Shown here piece by piece: positions 10,433 to 20,515 of a stretch of 64,000 nucleotides of DNA. Each line of letters starts with the position of its first letter. Position 1 is the stretch's first letter. Made by a program: the position numbers and the translations under genes. The DNA comes from an uncultured Actinomycetota bacterium (GTDB lineage: Bacteria > Actinomycetota > Actinomycetes > JAHEKZ01): contig CAWHIJ010000003.1 in NCBI GenBank assembly GCA_963829525.1, forward strand, positions 288,001-352,000, in the 5' to 3' direction. The notes below the pieces were generated by a model. It was not told the DNA's origin, did no database searches, and saw only the letters and a program-made list of their open reading frames with translations.

Positions 10433-10448
10433 AGGGACCTTTGCCGCT
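10433..10448. promoter_or_regulatory. DosR/OsdR-like box upstream of the agmatine operon
   Basis: AGGGACCTTTGCCGCT; one mismatch to AGGG(A/C)C-N4-GNCCCT. Confidence 0.5.
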
Positions 10449-10500
10449 GTTGCTGGGTCCCGGCCTGGCGTTGCATGGAGGCGACAGGAGGTTGGTCGCC

Positions 10501-11535
10501 ATGACGGCACATGCCACTCACTACCTCGATACCCAGGACCTCGGCCCGGAGGTCCTGCGCCGCCAGATGCACTTGGTACAGCTGCTGAAAGACGCTGACC
10601 GACGCCGGGCTTGTCCAGAACTGCTGCGGGACGCGAGTCTGGGGATGATCTTTGAGGAGGCGTCCACCCGCACCCGGGTGTCTTTCGAGGTCGCGATGAC
10701 CAAGCTTGGGGGGCATGCGCTGTACCTCAAGCCCGGGGAGATTCACCTGGGCCAAAAGGAGAACATCGCCGACACCGCTCGGGTGCTCTCGCGCATGGTG
10801 GACGTCATCGAGATCCGTGCCTTCCACCACGAGACCGTGACGTCGTTCGCCAAGAATGCGAGCGTGCCGGTCATTAATGGGCTCACCGACTACAACCACC
10901 CCACGCAGGCGCTTTGCGACGCCTTCACCATGAGCGAGCACAAGCTGCCGGACAAGACGTTCAGCGACCTGACCGTCGTCTTCATCGGGGACGCGACCAA
11001 CGTCTGTACGTCAACGGCCATGATCGTCACCATGCTCGGTGGCACGTTCATCCATGCTCGCCCTGAGGCATACAGCATCGAACGACAGTGGCCTCAGGTA
11101 GTCGATGAGGTCAAACAGAACGAGTCGCACTACGGAGGGAAATACTTCGCGACAACCGACGTCGAGGACGCCGTGCGCGACGCAGACTTTGTCTACACCG
11201 ACCTTTGGTGGTGGTTTGGTCAGGAGGCAGAGATCCCCGACCGGACAGCCGCCTTCATGCCGCGTTACCAAGTGACATCTGCGCTGTTGGACCGGGCGCC
11301 GGAACATGTGAGGTTCATGCACTGCCTCCCGGCCTCTCGCGGCGTCGAGGTCACCGATGAGGTCATGGACGGGCCGCGCTCGATCATCTACGACCAGTCG
11401 GAGAACCGACTTCACACCGAAAAGGGCCTGTTGGCCTGGTACGTGTACCCGCGACTAGAGCGGGCGACTCCAGCGGTCAGGGCTCACCACGAAGCCAAGG
11501 TGCAGGACTACCTCGCCGAACTGTCGACGGTGTAG
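10501..11535 (+). CDS. aguB: Putrescine carbamoyltransferase (OTCase family)
   Basis: STRT, HPTQ, HCLP motifs; GDATNV and YTDLWW replace the OTCase GD.NN and SMG loop; C-terminal extension as in PtcA; in operon with agmatine deiminase; AGGAGG RBS. Confidence 0.85.
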   Translation: MTAHATHYLDTQDLGPEVLRRQMHLVQLLKDADRRRACPELLRDASLGMIFEEASTRTRVSFEVAMTKLGGHALYLKPGEIHLGQKENIADTARVLSRMVDVIEIRAFHHETVTSFAKNASVPVINGLTDYNHPTQALCDAFTMSEHKLPDKTFSDLTVVFIGDATNVCTSTAMIVTMLGGTFIHARPEAYSIERQWPQVVDEVKQNESHYGGKYFATTDVEDAVRDADFVYTDLWWWFGQEAEIPDRTAAFMPRYQVTSALLDRAPEHVRFMHCLPASRGVEVTDEVMDGPRSIIYDQSENRLHTEKGLLAWYVYPRLERATPAVRAHHEAKVQDYLAELSTV

Positions 11536-11567
11536 CGCGCCACGAGAAGACCTCGAAGGAGGTCACG

Positions 11568-13124
11568 ATGACAACCACAACCACCGACGTCGGGCGGCCG
11601 AGGGCCAAGTCGCTCGGTGCCCTTCGTCGTTTCGACATGATCCTGTTCAGCGTTGCAGCAATCATGCTGCTCACGCAGGTTCCGATCACCGCCAAGGAGG
11701 GCCCGGCCGTCCTGTTCTGGACTGTGATTCTCCTGGTCTTCTTCTTCATCCCCTATGGCCTGATGACAGCCGAGCTCGGCTCAACCTACGCCGATACTGG
11801 CGGCATCTACTCGTGGGTCCAACGGGCCTTCGGTGGCTTCTGGGGTACCCAGGTGTCCTGGTGGTACTGGATCAACGTGGGGATCTGGCTCCCCTCGGTC
11901 TACCTGATGTTCGCCACCCTGCTCGGGCAGACGTTCGACTTCACGGTCGGCTTCTGGTGGACCGTCGCGATGGCAGTTGCCCTGATCTGGATCAACTTCG
12001 CGATCAACGTGATCACGCTGGACACCAGCAAGTGGGTCACCAACATCGCCGCCATCGTCACCGTAGCGATCATGCTGGTCATCGGTGTCGCGGGTCTGGT
12101 GCACTTGATGACCGATGGTTCAGCCACACAGTGGACCTCCACCGACATGCTGCCTGGCTGGGGAAGCATGGTGCTGTTGGGCGTCGTGGTCTACAACTTC
12201 CTGGGGTTCGAGCTCATGAGCTCGGCAAGTGAGGAGATGCAAGATCCCAAAAAGGACGTGCCGCGCTCGATCTTCACCGCGGGCATTCTGATTGCGGTCT
12301 TCTACCTCGTTGCCATTGTCGGCATGCTCTTCCTGCTTCCAACCGACGGTTTCAACCGGACGAACGGTCTCTTCCGTGTTCTGGAGACGGGTATCGGGTC
12401 CTCCGGCATCGCCGGCGTCGTGGTGACAGTTCTCAGCGTTGGCGCGCTGTACTGCTTCTTCGCGGCTCTAGTCCCGTGGACGATTGGTGCGAACCGCGCC
12501 GCTGCAGAGGCTGCTCGTCGCGGCGACTTGCCACCAGTACTGGGCCGTACCAGCAAGCGATTCCGCACCCCTGTGGCCGCTGCCACGGCCACCGCGCTCG
12601 TAGGCACGTTCTTCACCCTGGGTTACGGACTGGTGATGGAGCTCAGTGCGAGCCCGAAGGTGGAGACGCTCTTCTGGAACCTGTTCGCCTTCAGCACCCT
12701 GGTCTTCCTGCTGTCGTACCTGGTAATGGCGGCTGCCTTCCTCAGGCTCCGCTACATCGACCCGGACGCACCGCGTCCGTATCGGATACCAGGCGGCATG
12801 GTGGGTGCCTGGATCACCTCGACTCTCGTGTTTGGGTTCATCGTCGCCGCCATGGTGTTCTTCATGTGGTGGCCCGGTGCATCCCTGGCACGCGAGGGCT
12901 ACCAGAACTACGTGCTGCAGGTGGGTATCGGTATGGCAATCGTGCTGGTGCTCGGCGTCATCCTCGCGCTGATCGCACCGCGTTGGCGTCGTAGCGTTTC
13001 TACGGCTGGCGAGTTCGAGCACCCTGAAGCGACCGCTGACGTGGCACTGGAGGGAATCGCCCCAGATGATGCAGCGTCACTGCATGACGTACACCTCGAC
13101 CAACCAGCTGACGCGAGTCGGTAG
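11568..13124 (+). CDS. aguD: APC-family permease, probable agmatine/putrescine antiporter
   Basis: About 12 TM; [29 protein letters not shown] motifs; lies between aguB and aguA. Confidence 0.8.
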   Translation: MTTTTTDVGRPRAKSLGALRRFDMILFSVAAIMLLTQVPITAKEGPAVLFWTVILLVFFFIPYGLMTAELGSTYADTGGIYSWVQRAFGGFWGTQVSWWYWINVGIWLPSVYLMFATLLGQTFDFTVGFWWTVAMAVALIWINFAINVITLDTSKWVTNIAAIVTVAIMLVIGVAGLVHLMTDGSATQWTSTDMLPGWGSMVLLGVVVYNFLGFELMSSASEEMQDPKKDVPRSIFTAGILIAVFYLVAIVGMLFLLPTDGFNRTNGLFRVLETGIGSSGIAGVVVTVLSVGALYCFFAALVPWTIGANRAAAEAARRGDLPPVLGRTSKRFRTPVAAATATALVGTFFTLGYGLVMELSASPKVETLFWNLFAFSTLVFLLSYLVMAAAFLRLRYIDPDAPRPYRIPGGMVGAWITSTLVFGFIVAAMVFFMWWPGASLAREGYQNYVLQVGIGMAIVLVLGVILALIAPRWRRSVSTAGEFEHPEATADVALEGIAPDDAASLHDVHLDQPADASR

Positions 13125-13132
13125 GAGGAACG

Positions 13133-14239
13133 ATGTCTGCCCCGCTGACCAGTACGCCACGCTCCGATGGTTACCGGATGCCCGCAGAGTGGGAGCCGCA
13201 CCGCGGAACGTGGCTGATCTGGCCCGAACGTAGTGACAATTGGCGCAATGGTGCCAAGCCCGCGCAGGCGGCCTTTGCCCGAGTCGCCGAGACCATCGCT
13301 GCCGCTGAGCCGGTATCGGTGTGCGTGTCCGCGGGGCAGTACGTCAATGCTCGTCAGCAGCTGTCGGACGCAGTGAGACTAGTGGAGATGTCGTCCAACG
13401 ACTCATGGATCCGCGACTGCGGCCCGACCTTCCTCATCAACGACGCTGGCCGAGTGCGTGGTGTCGATTGGACGTTCAATGCTTGGGGTGGCCTCGAGAT
13501 GGGGCTCTACTTCCCATGGGATGCAGATGACCTGGTGGGCGAGAAGGTGCTTGATCTCGAACGGGACCAGCGCTACGCACCCGAGTTCGTCTTTGAGGGC
13601 GGTTCGATTGACGTTGACGGTCAGGGCACCGTTCTGACAACGGAGGAGTGTCTGCTCCATGGCAACCGCAACCCGCAGATGAGCCGCGAGCAGATCGAGT
13701 GGCATCTGCGGGAGTACCTCAACGTCGAGACAGTCATCTGGCTGCCCCGTGGCGTCCACCTTGATGAGACGAATGGGCACGTGGACAACTTCGCTCGATT
13801 CGTCCACCCCGGACAGGTCATCCTGACCTGGACCGATGACGAGTCCGATCCGCAGTTCGAGATCAGCAACGAGGCGCTGGAGATCCTCCGACGAAGCAAG
13901 GACGCCAGGGGTCGTGAGCTCGAGATCACACTCCTGCATCAGCCTGGTCCGATCTTCATCACCGAAGCGGAAGCTCGGGGTGTCGACCAGGTGCCGGGTG
14001 TTCAGCCAAGGGTCGTGGGCGAACGATTGGCCGGCTCCTATGTGAACTCCTACTACGCCAACGGCCTCGTCGTGCTGCCGGTCTTCGACGACCCGCATGA
14101 CGAGGCTGCCATCAAGACGTACGAACAGCTCTTCCCAGACCGCCGGATCGCGACGGTCCCGGGTCGAGAGATCCTACTCGGCGGCGGGAACGTCCACTGC
14201 ATCACTCAGCAGGAGCCGTTCGGCGAGCACACGCTGTAG
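13133..14239 (+). CDS. aguA: Agmatine deiminase
   Basis: [37 protein letters not shown] motifs. Confidence 0.95.
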   Translation: MSAPLTSTPRSDGYRMPAEWEPHRGTWLIWPERSDNWRNGAKPAQAAFARVAETIAAAEPVSVCVSAGQYVNARQQLSDAVRLVEMSSNDSWIRDCGPTFLINDAGRVRGVDWTFNAWGGLEMGLYFPWDADDLVGEKVLDLERDQRYAPEFVFEGGSIDVDGQGTVLTTEECLLHGNRNPQMSREQIEWHLREYLNVETVIWLPRGVHLDETNGHVDNFARFVHPGQVILTWTDDESDPQFEISNEALEILRRSKDARGRELEITLLHQPGPIFITEAEARGVDQVPGVQPRVVGERLAGSYVNSYYANGLVVLPVFDDPHDEAAIKTYEQLFPDRRIATVPGREILLGGGNVHCITQQEPFGEHTL

Positions 14240-14320
14240 CTGCCGTGCCGAAGTGCCGGTGCGCCGCTTCGGCTGGCGGCTCCCATACGCGAGGTCGGCA
14301 AGTTCTGACGTACATCATGA

Positions 14321-14340
14321 CTAGGGACCTTCGCCCTTAG
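14321..14340. promoter_or_regulatory. DosR/OsdR-like box upstream of the VKOR gene
   Basis: CTAGGGACCTTCGCCCTTAG imperfect palindrome 32 nt before the ATG. Confidence 0.55.
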
Positions 14341-14372
14341 GCCCGGAGTCGGGTCGCGCCGATCATCGGAGC

Positions 14373-15017
14373 ATGACTGAAGTGACTGCGCCACCACCGA
14401 GCCCTGAGTTCCCTGGACCCGATCTGGACGACGGATCCTTTCCATCGCCTGCTCGCACCTGGTTCGGCGTGGTTTCCGTTGCGGCGATGGTCGGCATGGC
14501 AGCGACCATCATTCAGATTGTTGAGCGGGTCGCTTTGGCCCAGAACGCCGACGCGAATCTGTTGTGCGACATCAACGGCACCTTCTCATGCGGCAACGTC
14601 CTCACCTCGTGGCAGTCCAGTGTCTTCGGCCCAATCCCGAACTCAGCCATCGGACTCAGCGTCTTTGCTCTGACCCTCGGTGTTGCCGGAGCCGGGGTGC
14701 TCGGATCGACACTCTCCAAGGCCGCTTGGGGCGTCGCAACTTTCTTTGCCGGCTTCATGGCCGCCTTCACGGTCTGGTTCCTGGCGCAGACCGCCTTCGT
14801 CATCGGATCGGTCTGCTTGTACTGCCTGGTGATCGGAACGATGGTGCTGCTGGTCAACCTGTCTTGGTGGCGGATCGGCTACCAGCTCGAATATCTCTCC
14901 GGTAACCGGTTGCTCGATGGCGCCGCATGGTTGGTGCGCGGTGGAACCGACGTCATCGTCTGGGTGGGCCTTGGAGTGGTGGTTGCAGCGATGATGGTCG
15001 GTGGGCTCGCCCTCTAG
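14373..15017 (+). CDS. Vitamin K epoxide reductase (VKOR) family protein
   Basis: Cys pair in CDINGTFSC, SVFGPIPNS, CLYC redox motif, several TMs. Confidence 0.9.
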   Translation: MTEVTAPPPSPEFPGPDLDDGSFPSPARTWFGVVSVAAMVGMAATIIQIVERVALAQNADANLLCDINGTFSCGNVLTSWQSSVFGPIPNSAIGLSVFALTLGVAGAGVLGSTLSKAAWGVATFFAGFMAAFTVWFLAQTAFVIGSVCLYCLVIGTMVLLVNLSWWRIGYQLEYLSGNRLLDGAAWLVRGGTDVIVWVGLGVVVAAMMVGGLAL

Positions 15018-15055
15018 GCAGCTCCGAGCGTTCCCCTTGGGACTGGAGTTTGATC

Positions 15056-15880
15056 GTGGAGATCCGCGTGGCGACCATCCTTGACGTGCCGGGGATCGCC
15101 GATATCGCTGCGATCATCGACCCACTTCCAGACGATGACGATGTAGACCGCGGCTACTACACCTACCTCGCGGAGCACGGTCGGTTGCTGGTGGCCGAGA
15201 CGTCAGACGTAGTGATTGGATACGCCGGAACTGTCACAGTCGCCGGGACCTGTCATCTGTCCGACCTCTTCGTCCACCCTGATGCGCACGGCAAAGGCAT
15301 CGGATCCGCTCTGCTGGATGCAGTCTGGGACGCTGACGCCACAACGATTCCGCGCCAGACCTTCTCATCGCTGCATCCTTCGGCGCTGCCGCTCTACCTG
15401 CGAAGTGGCATGACTCCGCGGTGGCCGCTGCTCTATCTGCGCGGTCGACCGGACGCTTTGCCGCCAACGCATCTGAAGGTGCTGCAAATCGACCCCAGTC
15501 GGGCCGTGGCGCACGAGCTGTCCTGGTTGGGCTGGGCGCGACCAGAGCAATACACCTACTTGTCCTCAATTCGCGGCGCGCGAGTGATGGCAGTTCTAGA
15601 CGGGGAAACGCCCGTCGGCGTCGGGGTCGTCACGCGAAGGCGCATGACTCACACGCTGCAACGACTGGTCAGCTGCGACCGCTCGGTGATGCCTGATGCG
15701 CTGATCGCCGTCGCCCGGTGGGTTCGCGAAGAGATGCAAGTGGCCGTTCCGGGGGACCATAGAACTGTTCCGCTGCTGGTGGAGGCGGGCTGGCAGGTCA
15801 TGGGCCATGATCTCTACTGTGCCAGCGCGCCGAATCTGCTGGACGCCGATCGTCTGTTGCCACATCCGGGGCTGTTGTGA
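15056..15880 (+). CDS. GNAT family N-acetyltransferase
   Basis: Motif A LFVHPDAHGKGIGSALL; start approximate. Confidence 0.8.
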   Translation: MEIRVATILDVPGIADIAAIIDPLPDDDDVDRGYYTYLAEHGRLLVAETSDVVIGYAGTVTVAGTCHLSDLFVHPDAHGKGIGSALLDAVWDADATTIPRQTFSSLHPSALPLYLRSGMTPRWPLLYLRGRPDALPPTHLKVLQIDPSRAVAHELSWLGWARPEQYTYLSSIRGARVMAVLDGETPVGVGVVTRRRMTHTLQRLVSCDRSVMPDALIAVARWVREEMQVAVPGDHRTVPLLVEAGWQVMGHDLYCASAPNLLDADRLLPHPGLL

Positions 15881-16024
15881 ACTTCGGTACAACGAGGAAC
15901 GGCGCGGTCGATGCCACCCCCTCGTGTGGCACCGGCCTCGCCGTTCCATGAGTTCATCGGTTCTCCGTCCCCGGATGTGTTCGGCCATGTGGGTGAACTC
16001 TGCGATGAGTCCTAGGGTGAGTCC

Positions 16025-17266
16025 GTGACCTGGGTGAGCGAGACCGTTGCCGCAGAAGCCGTTGCCGCGCTCGGTGGGCGTCCACGCCTCGTCGTCAGCG
16101 GGAACCACGCCACACCCCAAACACTCGTTCACGCGATCGACTCGGTGGTGCCGGAGTACCGGCTCTGGGCACTCAACGCGCAGTTGCAGGTGCCAGACCG
16201 CGATGGCGTGACCCTCGAGACGTCTTTCGTCGGACCCGGGATGCGTAAGAGCCAACGCCTGCGGTACCTCCCTTCGCGACTCTCGCTCGTTCCGGTGCTG
16301 TTCCGGAAGCGGGCAAGGCCCGAGGTGGTGGTGGTGCACACCTCGCGTGTCGTAGACGGCATGGTCTCCCTGGGAGCTGAGGTCAATGTCCTCCCCGCCG
16401 CGATCGAGGAGTGTCGTGCCGCGGGTGGCTTGGTGATCGCCCAGGTGAACCGCCACATGCCCTACACCTTTGGCGACGGGGAGTTCTCCGTCGATGCCTT
16501 CGACTACCTGGTGGAAGCAGACGAACCTCTGGTCGATCTCCCGACCCTGGCTATCGATGACCTCTCGCATTCGATCGGGTCGCGGGTAGCTGACCGAGTA
16601 CCTGACGGTGCCACCCTCCAGCTGGGCATCGGGGCTGTCCCGGATGCTTCGGTCCGGGGAGTCACTGAGCGTCGTGGACTCAAGATCTGGTCGGAGATGG
16701 TCAGTGACGGGGTCTTGACCCTGCACGAGCAAGGCGCGCTCGACTCCGACGAGCCGGTTGTTGCGTCCTTCGTCTTCGGTTCCCAACGGCTCTACGAGTG
16801 GGTCGACCGCAACCCGAACGTGCGGTTGTTGCGCACTGAGACGACCAACGACCCCGCGCTCATTTCCCAGCGACCGATGATGGTGTCGGTGAATGCCGCG
16901 CTGCAGGTGGATCTGTTCGGACAGGCAAACGCGTCGCGCATCAACAACCGCATCTACTCGGGCTTTGGTGGGCAGACCGACTTCATCGTCGGGGCGTTGC
17001 ACTCCAAAGGCGGCCAGGCGCTGATTGCGCTGCGGTCGTGGCATCCGCGGGCGGACGTTTCGACGATCGTTCCCCTCATTGACGAGCCGGTGACGTCGTT
17101 CCAGCACAGCGCAGTCATCACCGAGAACGGCGTCGCGTCCATCTGGGGGTACTCGCAGGAGGAGCAGGCACTCCATCTCATCGACCACGCTGCTCACCCG
17201 GACGTTCGTGATGAGCTCTATGAAGAAGCGGTGGCGCTGTCGCTGGTGACGCCAGGCTCAGGCTAG
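16025..17266 (+). CDS. Acetyl-CoA hydrolase / 4-hydroxybutyrate CoA-transferase family
   Basis: DGATLQLGIG, WSEM, SGFGGQTDF, VITENGVA, AHPDVR motifs. Confidence 0.88.
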   Translation: MTWVSETVAAEAVAALGGRPRLVVSGNHATPQTLVHAIDSVVPEYRLWALNAQLQVPDRDGVTLETSFVGPGMRKSQRLRYLPSRLSLVPVLFRKRARPEVVVVHTSRVVDGMVSLGAEVNVLPAAIEECRAAGGLVIAQVNRHMPYTFGDGEFSVDAFDYLVEADEPLVDLPTLAIDDLSHSIGSRVADRVPDGATLQLGIGAVPDASVRGVTERRGLKIWSEMVSDGVLTLHEQGALDSDEPVVASFVFGSQRLYEWVDRNPNVRLLRTETTNDPALISQRPMMVSVNAALQVDLFGQANASRINNRIYSGFGGQTDFIVGALHSKGGQALIALRSWHPRADVSTIVPLIDEPVTSFQHSAVITENGVASIWGYSQEEQALHLIDHAAHPDVRDELYEEAVALSLVTPGSG

Positions 17267-18745
17267 GACGCTGTCGGGGACGGGATGCTGATCTCGGAGA
17301 GCAGCCACTGCATGACATCGGCGGCCGACCAGCCGTCCGGGAACATCTCGAGCAGCGCGTGCACGGCCTCGAGGTCTTGGCCGAGGGTCAGCAGGGGAGG
17401 CTCGATAGACCCGTCGTGCCGGATCTGCGGCACTCCGGCTGATGCCATGAGGCCGTTGCAGAGGCACTTGCGACCCTCGGTGTCGGCGATTTCCCCGCCC
17501 TTGCGCACGTAGGCGTCGACAGGTTCGGAGGGGCAGCGCTGCCCGATCGTCCCGTCGTCGCGGCGGTAGGGAGTGCGCAGGTACCCGAGGTCGCAGATGC
17601 GGTCACGCGCGGCGGACACCTCTGGATCGGCAACCGTGCCAGCCATCTGAACGACTTTGAACGGGAACCCCGTTGGGCTGGCCAGCGGGTCGGTGCGGAC
17701 CTCTGCGGTGCCGGCATCGAGCGACATCCGGAGTGCAGTACGAAGCGACTCGGTGAGGCCAGACTCGTGACACAGGGCGAAGACGGTGCCGATCTGGACG
17801 CCCTGCGCACCTCCGGCGCGAGCAGCGACCACATGCTTGGGAGAGGCTTGGCCGCCGGCGAGCCAGTAGGGCAGGCCAACCTTCATGAGCTTGTCCAGAT
17901 CGACGACGTCGCGAGGGCCGTAGATCGGCTCGCCACCCTCGTCGAGCTCGTTACGCCGAGGTGGGGCGTTGTGCCCGCCAGCGGTCGGTCCCTCGACGAC
18001 GAAACCATCGGGGCGCGTGCTGTCGTCGCGAGCGAGGTAGGCGCCGAGGATGTGCGAGGAGATGATCGCGAGGAACACCGGACGAGGCAGCGTCGGCGGT
18101 GCCGGGGGGACGACCGGCTTGCGGATCGAGCGAGATGACGAGCTCGTCCGATGACTCAGAACCGGCAACGTCGATCGGCAGCGTGACCGGTCGGCCGTTG
18201 GCAAAGCCGTCGAGCAGCCGTGGGAGGTGTGTGGGGAGTCCGGCACCGACCAGGACGACGTCGACGTTCGCGAGCATCGCGCCGTAGAGGGTGGCCGGCG
18301 TCCAGAGCTGGATCTTCTCGAGCAAGTTGATGCCCACGGGGCCGTCGTGGCCCTGCTTGGCCATCGTGACCTGGACGAAGGCTCCGAGCACGGCCATGCG
18401 TACGGCGTCGAGCCGCTGGTGGTGGTCCAGGCGTGGGATTGGGCGGAACGGCGTCCCTGGCTCGCGTCCTTCGGGTCGGTAGTAGCGCCGCAGGGTTGCG
18501 GCGACGAAGTCCTGGTCGGGGTAGTCGGCCATGGCGGCCTGCACGTGGCCCCCTTGGTCACCGTCCTGCAACCAGCGGGCGACCAGCAGGTCGGAGGCGA
18601 CGCCGCTGATCACGCCGAGCCCGCCGTTCTGCGCCACCTGGCGGGCAAGTCGCCAACTGGAGACACCAACACCCATGCCGCCTTGGATCACCGCAGGGAG
18701 CTGGCGTGCGCGGCTGGCCGGCTCGTGGTCGTCGACGTTCATCAT
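17263..18745 (-). pseudogene. Nitronate monooxygenase/FabK-like flavoprotein, frameshifted near 18115
   Basis: N-half (IQGGMGVGVS, GINLLEK) is in ORF 17951..18751; C-half (VEGPTAGGHN, WLAGG, GVQIGTVF, CLCNGL) is in ORF 17263..18561. One extra base joins them; may be a sequencing error. Confidence 0.8.
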
Positions 18746-18777
18746 CTGCAAGTTACGGTACCGTAGGTTGCCCCCTC

Positions 18778-18793
18778 AGGGCCAAACGTCCCG
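18778..18793. promoter_or_regulatory. DosR/OsdR-like box upstream of the NMO-like gene
   Basis: AGGGCCAAACGTCCCG (reverse complement CGGGACGTTTGGCCCT). Confidence 0.55.
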
Positions 18794-18834
18794 GCGGTGG
18801 CCTCAAATCCGGCACCTGAGGCAAGAATGGCCAC

Positions 18835-19692
18835 GTGCCCGAACTGCCTGAAGTCGAAGCGCTCGCCGGATACCTTCGCGAGCGACTCGGCGGACGCGTC
18901 GTGGCCCGGGTCGACGTCGCCGGCATTGCGGCCTTGAAGACGTATGACCCGCCGGTGACCTCCCTCGGCGGTCTGTCGGTCACCGACGTGCGGCGCCGCG
19001 GCAAGTTCCTTGACATCGATGTCGACGGGCTCCACCTCGTGGTGCACCTCGCCCGCGCCGGATGGGTGCGCTGGAAGGAGAAACTGCCGACCACGCCGCT
19101 CAAACCGGGAAAGGGCCCGATCGTGCTGCGGGTTCATCTCGACGATGAGTCGGGGCTGGACTTCACCGAGGCGGGAACGACCAAGAAGCTGGCGGTCTAT
19201 GTCGTCCGTGATCCAACTGAGGTGCCGGGCATTGCCAGACTGGGGCCAGACCCGCTGACCCTCGACCGTGCCGCTCTGGATGTCGTTCTGGACGAGCAAG
19301 CCCGCACCCAGCTCAAGGGGCTGCTCCGGAGCCAGTCGGTGATCGCTGGAATCGGCAACGCCTACAGCGATGAGATCTTGCACGTGGCCCGGCTCTCTCC
19401 GTTTGCGCTGGCGGGCCGCCTCGACGACGAGGCCAGGGAGCGGCTCTTCGCCGCCATCGGGTCGACGCTCCGTGACGCGGTCGATCGGTCAGCCGGCCTG
19501 CCGGCGTCGGAGCTGAAGGACGACAAGCGGGCAGCCATGCGCGTCCACGGCCGCGCGGGTCAGGACTGCCCCGAGTGCGGCGACGTCGTGCGCGAGGTCT
19601 CGTTTGCCGACTCTTCCCTGCAGTACTGCGCGACCTGTCAGACCGGCGGAAAGCCGTTGGCTGACCGACGCCTTTCCCGTCTCCTGAAATGA
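18835..19692 (+). CDS. Fpg/Nei family DNA glycosylase
   Basis: PELPEVE N-terminus, RRGKFL, H2TH motif IAGIGNAYSDEIL, C-terminal CxxC...CxxC zinc finger. Confidence 0.93.
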   Translation: MPELPEVEALAGYLRERLGGRVVARVDVAGIAALKTYDPPVTSLGGLSVTDVRRRGKFLDIDVDGLHLVVHLARAGWVRWKEKLPTTPLKPGKGPIVLRVHLDDESGLDFTEAGTTKKLAVYVVRDPTEVPGIARLGPDPLTLDRAALDVVLDEQARTQLKGLLRSQSVIAGIGNAYSDEILHVARLSPFALAGRLDDEARERLFAAIGSTLRDAVDRSAGLPASELKDDKRAAMRVHGRAGQDCPECGDVVREVSFADSSLQYCATCQTGGKPLADRRLSRLLK

Positions 19693-19694
19693 CC

Positions 19695-19764
19695 GTGATC
19701 GAAGCGTTCCAGTCACTCAGAGGCCCAATGTCGGACGCCCTGGTGACTGAAACGCTTCGATCAC
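19695..19764. repeat. 22-bp inverted repeat between convergent genes
   Basis: GTGATCGAAGCGTTCCAGTCAC ... GTGACTGAAACGCTTCGATCAC, one mismatch, 26-nt spacer. Confidence 0.8.
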
Positions 19765-19781
19765 AGAGTGGGTGTGGCTGG

Positions 19782-20405
19782 TCAGATCTTGGCGCGCACC
19801 GTGGCGGTTCCGAACGGCAGGCCCGGGGTGAACACCGACGTGCGGAGTGATGCGTTCAGCGCGTCTGCTGCCGCCTTCGTCAGCTCCAGGCGGACACCTG
19901 AGAGCACGGCGAAGCCATCTGAGGTGAGGGTTGGCTGCAGGGTGGTCGGGATGATCTTGAATACGGGCACCTCGGCCGGCTGGTTGTTGATCTTCGTCGC
20001 GTAGAGCAGACCCTCGCCGAGGCGGATGTCGAAGTCACTGACCTTCAGCGCCTTGAAGTTGCGCAGGTTGACGAATCGAACGCCACCGGTGTGCGAGATT
20101 TCGCCGCCGGTGAGGGTGAGGGGGTTACCGGCCGCCGTCACGAAGCTGTCTGAGGTGATCGGGAAGCCGTACCGGACGGTGGGCCCCTGCTTCGTCCACA
20201 CCAGCGAGGTCCTCGCGTCAGTGGCGTACGGAAGGATCCGGTTCTGAAGGAGAGCCTTGGTGACGGCCGGTTTGACGGTCACCGAGGTCACGCCACCAGA
20301 GATGGGAATAGTGGTGTCGGACGTCGCTTGGGCGGGAACGATGCTAATGCCGACGGCAAGGGCACCGGCGGTGGCGACTACCGCAAGTCGTTGGAGGACG
20401 CGCAT
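19782..20405 (-). CDS. Secreted protein of unknown function
   Basis: Sec signal peptide ending PAQA, GAGGAG RBS, beta-rich mature part. Confidence 0.75.
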   Translation of the reverse strand: MRVLQRLAVVATAGALAVGISIVPAQATSDTTIPISGGVTSVTVKPAVTKALLQNRILPYATDARTSLVWTKQGPTVRYGFPITSDSFVTAAGNPLTLTGGEISHTGGVRFVNLRNFKALKVSDFDIRLGEGLLYATKINNQPAEVPVFKIIPTTLQPTLTSDGFAVLSGVRLELTKAAADALNASLRTSVFTPGLPFGTATVRAKI

Positions 20406-20515
20406 GAGGACTCCTCGTGGGCAGAACGGATAGATGTCCCGTCTTCGCCGTGACGGGGGCCCTTGGATGCAGGAACGCCCCTCGACCTCGCCACGTGATC
20501 GCTAGGCTGCAGAGC

